The position numbers and the translations under genes were made by a program. 64,000 bases of DNA from Eledone cirrhosa (Eukaryota), in assembly GCA_964016885.1 (NCBI GenBank), contig OZ024756.1, positions 23,684,001-23,748,000 on the forward strand, given 5' to 3'. A model generated the notes under the pieces. That model ran no database searches and had not been told where the DNA came from. It saw only the letters and a list, made by a program, of their open reading frames with translations. Within the stretch, counting starts at the first letter, position 1. The number at the start of each line of letters is the position of its first letter. Of this stretch, positions 55,845 to 64,000 are shown in pieces.

Positions 55845-58800
55845 GCGAAGTTAGACGTTTCTCACACAAAATGGAAATTAGACGTTTCTTACACAAAATG
55901 GAAATTAGACGTTTCTTACACAAAATGGAAGTTAGACGCTTCTCACACAAAAGGGAAGTTAGACGTCTCTCACACAAAAAAGAAGTTAAACGTTTCTTAC
56001 ACAAAATGGAAGTTAGACGTTTCTTACACAAAATGGAAGTTAGACGTTTCTTACACAAAATGGAAGTTAGATGCTTCTCACACAAAAGGGAAGTTAGACG
56101 TTTCTCACACAAAATGGTAGTTAGACGTTTCTACACAAAAGGGAAGTTAGACGTTTCTTACACAAAAAGAAAGTTATAAGTTTCTTACACGAAATGGAAG
56201 TTAGACGTTTCTTACACAAAAGGGAAGTTAGAAGTTTCTCACACAAACGAAAGTTAGACGTTACTCACACAAAATGGAAGTTAGACGCTTCTCACACAAA
56301 AGGGAAGTTAGACGTTTCTTACACAAAAAGAAAGTTAGAAGTTTCTTACACAAAACGGAAGTTAGACGTTCTTACACAAAATGGCAGTTAGACGTTTCTC
56401 ACACAAACGGAAGTTAGACGTCTCTCACACAAAACAGAAGTTAGACGTCTCTCACACAAAAAAGAAGTTAGACGTTTCTTACACAAAATGGAAGTTAGAC
56501 GTTTCTCACACAAAACAGAAGTTAGACGTCTCTCACACAAAAAAGAAGTTAGACGTTTCTTACACAAAAGGGAAGTTAGACGTTTCTCACACAAAAGGGA
56601 AGTTAGACGTTTCTTACACAAAAAGGAAGTTAGACGTTTCTCACACAAAAGGGAAGTTAGACGTTTCTCACACAAAAGGGAAGTTAGACGTCTCTCACAC
56701 AAAAGAGAAGCTAGACGTTTCTCACACAAAAGGGAAGTTAGACGTTTGTCACACAAACGGAAGTTAGACATTTCTCACACAAAATGGAAGTTAGACGTCT
56801 CTCACACCAAAGGGAAATTAGACATTTCTCACCAAAAGGGAAGTTAGACTTTCTTACACAAAATGGATGTTAGACGTGTCTTACACAAAAAGAAAGTTAG
56901 ACGTTTCTTACACAAAAGGGAAGTTAGACGTTTCTCACACAAACGAAAGTTAGACGTTACTCACACAAAATGGAAGTTAGACGCTTCTCACACAAAACAG
57001 AAGTTAGACGTCTCTCACACAAAAAAGAAGTTAGACGTTTCTTACACAAAAGGGAAGTTAGACGTTTCTCACACAAAAGGGAAGTTAGACGTTTCTTACA
57101 CAAAAAGGAAGTTAGACGTTTCTCACACAAAAGGGAAGTTAGACGTTTCTCACACAAAAGGGAAGTTAGACGTCTCTCACACAAAAGAGAAGCTAGACGT
57201 TTCTCACACAAAAGGGAAGTTAGACGTTTGTCACAAAAACGGAAGTTAGACATTTCTCACACAAAATGGAAGTTAGACGTCTCTCACACCAAAGGGAAAT
57301 TAGACATTTCTCACCAAAAGGGAAGTTAGACTTTCTTACACAAAATAGAAGTTAGACGTCTCTCACACAAAAGAGAAGCTAGACGTTTCTCACACAAAAA
57401 GGAAGTTAGACGTTTGTCACACAAACGGAAGTTAGACGTTTCTCACACAAAATGGAAGTTAAACGCCTCTCACACCAAAGGGAAATTAGACATTTCTCAG
57501 CAAAAGGGAAGTTAGACTTTCTTACACAAAAGGGAAGTTAGACGCTTCTCACACAAAAGGGAAGTTAGACGTCTCTCACACAAAAGAGAAGCTGGATGTT
57601 TCTTACACAAAATGGAAGTTAGGCATTTCTCACACAAAAGGGAAGTTAGACGTTTCTTACACAAAATGGATGTTAGACGTTTCTCACACAAACGGAAGTT
57701 AGACGCTTCTCACACAAAATGGAAGTTAGACGTCTCTCACACAAAAGGGAAGTTAGACGTTTCTTACACAAAAGGGAAGTTAAACGCTTCTCACACAAAA
57801 GGGAAGTTAGTCGTTTCTTACACAAAATGGAAGTTAGACGTTTCTCACACAAAAGGGAAGTTAGACGTTTCTTACACAAAACGGAAGTTAGACGTTTCTC
57901 ACACAAAAGGGAAGTTAGAAGTTTCTTACACAAAACGGAAGTTAGACGTTTCTTACACCAAAGGGAAGTTAGACTCTCTCACACAAAACAGAAGTTAGAC
58001 GTCTCTCACACAAAATAGAAGTTAGACGTCTCTCACACAAAAGGGAAGTTAGACGTTTCTTACACAAAAGGGAAGTTAGACGTCTCTCACACAAAAGAGA
58101 AGCTGGATGTTTCTTACACAAAATGGAAGTTAGGCGTTTCTCACACAAAAGGGAAGTTAGACGTTTCTTACACAAAATGGATGTTAGACGTTTCTCACAC
58201 AAACGGAAGTTAGACGCTTCTCACACAAAATGGAAGTTAGACGTCTCTCACACAAAAGGGAAGTTAGACGTTTCTCACCAAAAGGGAAGTTAGACTTTCT
58301 TATACAAAATGGATGTTAGACGTTTCTTACACAAAAAGAAAGTTAGAAGTTTCTTACACAAAAGGGAAGTTAGACGTTTCTTACACAAAACGGAAGTTAG
58401 ACGTCTCTCACACAAAAGAGAAGCTAGACGTTTCTTACACAAAAGGGAAGTTCAACGTTTCTCACACAAAATGGAAGTTAGACGTTTCTCACACAAAAGG
58501 GAAGTTAGGCGTTTCTCACACAAAAGGGAAGTTAGACGTTTCTTACACAAAAGGGAAGTTAGACGTCTCTCACACAAAAGAGAAGCTAGATGTTTCTTAC
58601 ACAAAAGGGAAGTTAGACGTTTCTTACACAAAATGGAAGTTAGACGTTTCTCACACAAAAGGGAAGTTAGACGTTTCTTACACAAAAGGGAAGCTAGACG
58701 TTTCTCACACAAATGGAAGTTAGACGCTTCTCACAAAATGGAAGTTAGACGTCTCTCACACAAAAGGGAAGTTAGACGTCTCTCACACAAAAAGGAAGTT

Positions 58801-59370
58801 AGACGTTTCTCACCAAAAGGGAAGTTAGACTTTCTTACACAAAATGGATGTTAGACGTTTCTTACACAAAAAGAAAATTAGAAGTTTCTTACACAAAACG
58901 GAAGTTAGACGTTTCTTACACAAAACGGAAGTTAAATATTTCTCACACAAAATAGAAGTTAGACATTTCTCAGTCAAAACGGAAGTTAGACGTTTCTTAC
59001 CGAAAACGGAAGTTAGACATTTCTCACACAAAACGGAAGTTAGACGTTTCTTACACAAAATATAAATTAGACATTTCTCACACAAAACAGAAGTTAGACG
59101 TTTCTCACGCAAAAGGATGTTAGACGTTTCTCACACAAAAATGAAGTTAGACGTTTCTCAGTCGAAAAGGAAGTTAGACGTTTCATAGTCAAAAAGGAAG
59201 TTAGACGTTTCTTAGTCAAAAAGGAAGTTAGACGTTTCTCGCACAAAAATGAAGTTAGACGTTTCTCACACAAAACGAAAGTTAGATGTTTCATAGTCAA
59301 ATGGAAGTGAAACGTTTCTTAGACTAAACGGAAGTTAGACGTTTCTTATACAAAACGAATGTTGGATGTT
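55845..59370. repeat. 27-bp satellite array (~3.5 kb, about 130 units) inside an IMPA intron
   Basis: Unit gaagttagacgtttctcacacaaaagg, which explains the 9-aa periodic ORFs. Edges are more diverged than the centre. Confidence 0.97.
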
Positions 59371-59450
59371 AATTACAAAATTATTATTAAAATTTTACTT
59401 TTAGTATGTTTTCGTTGGGGTTTTTTCAGGTTTGACTTTATTTTACTTAC

Positions 59451-59556
59451 CCGTGGCTCTTCATAATAATATTGTACATGTTACCAAATTTAATTTCCAG
59501 CTTTTCAGGGTCACGGTGGCTACCAAATTCTGAAAACACTAAAGCTTTTTTAAGAT
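59451..59556 (-). CDS. IMPA: Inositol monophosphatase, internal coding exon (106 nt; DLKKALVFSEFGSHRDPEKLEIKFGNMYNIIMKSHG)
   Basis: tttcag| acceptor and |GTAAGT donor. Phase 1 to 2 fits both neighbours. Resembles IMPA1 DITKSLLVTELGSSR...HG. Confidence 0.92.
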
Positions 59557-59625
59557 CTGAAATAAATAAATTAATTAAATATATATATAAATATATGAAT
59601 AAATGAATACATAAATAATAACAAT

Positions 59626-59714
<89 letters not shown>

Positions 59715-60186
59715 CCTCCTTAACCTCTGTATTAACTCGCCCATTATTTAGCTTCTTTGTTAGTGTTGTCTTATACATGTATGTTATTGATGATGAGAAA
59801 GCTAGACAGCCCTCTCATCTAATATAGACCACACAAATTCCACTACAGTGATAAATCCTTCATCTGTCAGATAAAAACCGACTATTACGGCCACCTGACC
59901 TACATTGTTTAAAGACACCAGCTTATCTTTACACTAGATATAATACACCCTACGACAGTTTTTACATGTCAATTTTATACATCTGCCTCATGTCAGCTAG
60001 TTTTACACGCTAAAATCGTAGATATACTATACTTCCCACCTAGATTGATGTTGTGATTATTTCAAATAATTTATTGCTAGCATTGTTGATATTGTTGTTA
60101 TTGTTCTGACTGAATGCCATTACTACTACATATTGTAGCCTGTATATTCTTTTCATGCCTGTATATTCTTTTCATTCTCGCAAGGT

Positions 60187-60286
60187 CCGATGAACTGACT
60201 GGTTATAACTTTGTATTGGCGATCGAGTAACGTGAATATAAGCGGGTAGCGATCTCTAGACCTACCAGTTCAGAGAAACAATTGTC
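60187..60286 (+). ncRNA. Degenerate hammerhead-like motif with CCGAUGA core and long stem II
   Basis: CCGAUGA-a-CUGACUGGU...ACCAGUUCAG-a-GAAA-CAAUUG-UC, with palindromic stem III. Stem I is poorly paired. Confidence 0.5.
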
Positions 60287-60539
60287 AGCAATGAGATTAA
60301 AAACCTTTTTTGTATAGCAAACCGTGTCACTCTTCTTTCCTGATTTATTATTACTCCAAGTGTTTACAACATAGGAATTACAGCGTACTCGCAGCATCAC
60401 TATGGAAACGCCTTGTTGAGTCAAACTTAGCCAAGCGTTGATATCATCCACTACCCGGAGTACCATAACTGGACTACACCTAAGTGGACTACATATAACA
60501 ATAATTTGTTACCCCATATATATATATATATATATATAT

Positions 60540-60615
<76 letters not shown>

Positions 60616-60850
60616 GCGTTGGCAGTTATCCCCCTACTGTGTCTGCTGGGTTCCGCTAAACGGCGCTCGTCGTCAGTTTTTCAATATCCATAACTAAAGG
60701 GCTTTCCAAATGTTTATTCCTAAACGTACCATATATCATTAGATATAGAAAATTCACATGCTTATAAGTATACAGCTATTTCCAGGCGAAAACTTTAATT
60801 CTCTCTATATATATATGTGTGTGTGTACATACACACACATATATGTACGT

Positions 60851-61160
60851 ACATATACTCACGCATACATGCATACACACACATCCATATATATAAACAC
60901 AAAAACACACCCACATACATACGTACATACACAGACACAGAGATACATATATTTATATAATTTGATGGGTGATGTGTTGGTGTAATGGTGCACAGTGGTC
61001 TGGATAACCAAAAATGTGGGTTCGACTCCCATGTACGTCAATACTCATCTTAGAGGTTTCTAAACCCCACTATCAGGCTAAAATTTCTTTAGTAAAAAAA
61101 ACACGGCGAAAGCTTCTATTTCTAATGTTTTCAAACTCGCTCGCTGTTTCAAAATCATAG

Positions 61161-61235
<75 letters not shown>

Positions 61236-61271
61236 TGAGATTCTACAGGACTAGAACTGTTTCATTCTTTA

Positions 61272-61334
<63 letters not shown>

Positions 61335-61442
61335 TATGATTTAAATATATATATATATAATTAAGTATGATTTATATATATATATATATATATAAGTATG
61401 ATATATACATATATATATAAGTATGATATATATATATAAGTA

Positions 61443-61525
<83 letters not shown>

Positions 61526-61837
61526 TATGATTTTTGAAACAGCGAGCGAGTTTGAAAACATTAGAAATAGAAGCTTTCGCCGTATTTTTTTTTACTAAAG
61601 AAATTTTACCTTGATAGTGGGGTTTAGAAACCTCTAAGATGAGTATTGACGTACATGGGAGTCGAACCCACATTTTTGGTTATCCAGACTACTGTGCACC
61701 ATTACACCAACACATCACCCATCAAATTATATAAATATATGTATCTCTGTGTCTGTGTATGTACGTATGTACGTGGATGTGCTTTTGTGTTTATATGTAT
61801 GGATGTGTGTGTATGCATGTATGCGTGTGTATATGTA
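60851..61837. repeat. Inverted repeat, ~310-bp arms separated by ~360 bp of microsatellite
   Basis: ~60851-61160 is the reverse complement of ~61522-61837, with scattered mismatches. Confidence 0.92.
60971..61040 (+). pseudogene. tRNA-like sequence (SINE head or pseudo-tRNA), inverted copy at ~61645-61716
   Basis: A box TGGTGTAATGG, T-arm gtggg-ttcgact-cccat and a wobble-rich acceptor stem. The anticodon arm is irregular. Confidence 0.55.
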
Positions 61838-61851
61838 TTTAATATAGAAAG

Positions 61852-61902
61852 GGCTTCTACAGGACTAGAACTGTTTCGTTCAGGAGAAATCATCAGGAAG
61901 CC
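61852..61902 (-). ncRNA. Type I hammerhead ribozyme motif
   Basis: GGCUUC-CUGAUGA-uUUC-UCCU-GAAc-GAAA-CAG-UUCUAGUC-CUG-UA-GAAGCC. Perfect 6-bp stem I, paired stem III, GUA triplet. Half-copies at ~24436-24466 and ~61241-61268. Confidence 0.82.
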
Positions 61903-62123
61903 GACTGTCCAAGTAACATGGTGGTATTTATATATTTATTTTCTGGTGGTAGGAGAAGTTGGTGATTGGGATGGGTGGAGGTCATTGGTTGATGGGTTTA
62001 AAGAAAAGGGAATTATTTAAAAACTATATTTAGAGTAACAAAGGCAGGAAGAATTCTATATACTGCACACAGTAGATGATCCTCTTGTATTCTATTCAAA
62101 CCTAAATATATTATTTGTCTCAC

Positions 62124-62232
62124 CTGTTTGTCCCGATACCGATATTTCTTCACTGTTGCAATATGCACCCTGGCCTTTCTTGGCAGAATAAAGCTTCTCC
62201 TGGATCGGATTGTAAACTATACCAATAACGAT
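62124..62232 (-). CDS. IMPA: Inositol monophosphatase, internal coding exon (109 nt; IVIGIVYNPIQEKLYSAKKGQGAYCNSEEISVSGQT)
   Basis: tttcag| acceptor and |GTGAGA donor. Carries the GxVYNP...LYSAxKGxGAxCN IMPase signature. Phase 0 to 1. Confidence 0.93.
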
Positions 62233-62597
62233 CTGAAATATGAAACAAAGAAAGAATTTGGACTATGACGTCAGATCTTTGATGTTGGTGGGGGGGCAGG
62301 GGGGGGCATTAGAGATTTGGTGGTTTATCACATGAAAATATTCAAGCGGATATACGTAAAGTGAACTAAATTTCGAAATTTATATGACGTATGTGTGTCT
62401 GTGTGTGTGTCTGTGTGTGTGTGTATGTATAAGTGTCTGTGTCAGTGTCTGTGTGTCTGTGTCTGCGTGTGTGTGTGTCTATGTAAGTGTGTGTGTGTCT
62501 GTCTGTCTATGTATGTGTCTGTGTTTGTGTGTGTGTATGTCTGTGTGCATCTGTGTGTGTGTCAGTCTGTGTATCTGTGTGTGTTTGGTATGTGTAT

Positions 62598-62654
<57 letters not shown>

Positions 62655-62758
62655 TGTGTCTATATCTTATATAGAAAGAATAATGAAATATGGGGGTTTG
62701 TAACTGAGAAGGGTTGGAGGGTGGGTTAGAAAGATAAGGTGCTGAGTTTGTAACTTAC

Positions 62759-62804
62759 CTCTTTGTTTACTGCGAGACCAACTGATATAGCGATACAACT
62801 GTTA
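62759..62804 (-). CDS. IMPA: Inositol monophosphatase, internal coding exon (46 nt; xNSCIAISVGLAVNKE)
   Basis: ttccag| acceptor and |GTAAGT donor. Translation resembles vertebrate IMPA1 RFPFVAVSIGFAVNKK. Ends in phase 0, matching the next exon. Confidence 0.85.
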
Positions 62805-62891
62805 CTGGAATATAGAAATTGGAATAATTAATTAATTAATTAAACAAAATAAATACATAATAAATAGATCAATAGATAGATAGGTATATAG

Positions 62892-62961
<70 letters not shown>

Positions 62962-63124
62962 TTAATTTTGATAGTTTGTATAATTTTGTATAATTTTGTA
63001 CATAGATCTGTTGAATATACATGCCAATTCTAACACATATATATCCTAGAAACGATCGTTAAATAATGAACTTTTTTTGTTTAATATAAGGAACTGTTTC
63101 ATTGTTTTATTCATTATTTTTTTA

Positions 63125-63209
<85 letters not shown>

Positions 63210-63232
63210 TATAGATATATAGATAAATCGAT

Positions 63233-63399
<167 letters not shown>

Positions 63400-63538
63400 T
63401 AACATGAATATGAAAACTTCACAGTTAAAGGACTAACATTTATTATATAGTTGACACGTGTTTCGCTAATCTACAGGTGAACAAGATCTTTGAAATGCTA
63501 GTCCCCTAACGAAATCTGATCACTACTATATTCTCTCC

Positions 63539-63606
<68 letters not shown>

Positions 63607-64000
63607 GGGGGGAGAAAGAAAGAGGGAGACAGGGAGAGAGTAATAGATAGATAGATAGATACACACACAGTGTGAGAGTAGAAGTATTATTACCGGTGTA
63701 CGAAGTTATTTGTTCCATCAATTGGGTCTATTATCCAAGTTGGTTTCTCTGTCAGTTCACATTTCTTGCCGTCAGCAATAGATTCCTCACCAATGAAACT
63801 GTAATAGAAAAAAATACCACAGATATTGTTATTGTTACTGGTGATGGTGGTGATGTTGGTTGGGTGTTAGAGTTATTGTTGTAAGACAAACAAACAGCCA
63901 GCCAGACAGACAGAAAGAGAGATAAATGATAATTTGTTTCACCTCAACGGGATCTCGGAAATTTTGTCCTAACTGTTGTGGAACTACTTCTACCAAACTC

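Noticed and set aside
55810-59300. Repetitive ORFs (EVRRFSHKR / KLDVSHTKG)
   Set aside because: 27-bp satellite with frequent frameshifts, inside an IMPA intron.
60971-61040. Functional tRNA gene
   Set aside because: Irregular D and anticodon arms, a wobble-rich acceptor stem, and location within a repeat. Treated as a pseudo-tRNA or SINE head.

Overview
This is animal genomic DNA: AT-rich, packed with (TA)n/(GT)n/(GA)n microsatellites and SINEs. The repeat content suggests a cephalopod such as octopus, which is an inference only. Two intron-containing genes lie on the minus strand. (1) The last five coding exons of an inositol monophosphatase (IMPA family) gene span 62804->53769, with its 5' exons outside the window. 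(2) A complete 150-aa leaderless FGF of FGF1/2-like architecture has coding exons 14919-14757, 9276-9173 and 8113-7928, plus probable 5'UTR exons at 18278-18224 and ~34054-34016. The rest is repeat-derived: two R4/Dong-type RLE LINEs, RTE and CRE-like LINE remnants, a Helitron 3' end, mariner and hAT-like MITEs, two tRNA-SINE families, and 20, 27, 44 and 69 bp satellites. The most notable unexplained signal is about ten type I hammerhead-ribozyme motifs of several sequence families, mostly next to (TA)n/(GT)n tracts and resembling those of Penelope-like elements. Some sit in perfect 144-206 bp fold-back palindromes, some have branched stem II inserts, and several share a CCGA(A/U)GA core variant. 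Almost all ORFs in the supplied track are microsatellite artefacts. All calls are by eye, with no database searches.
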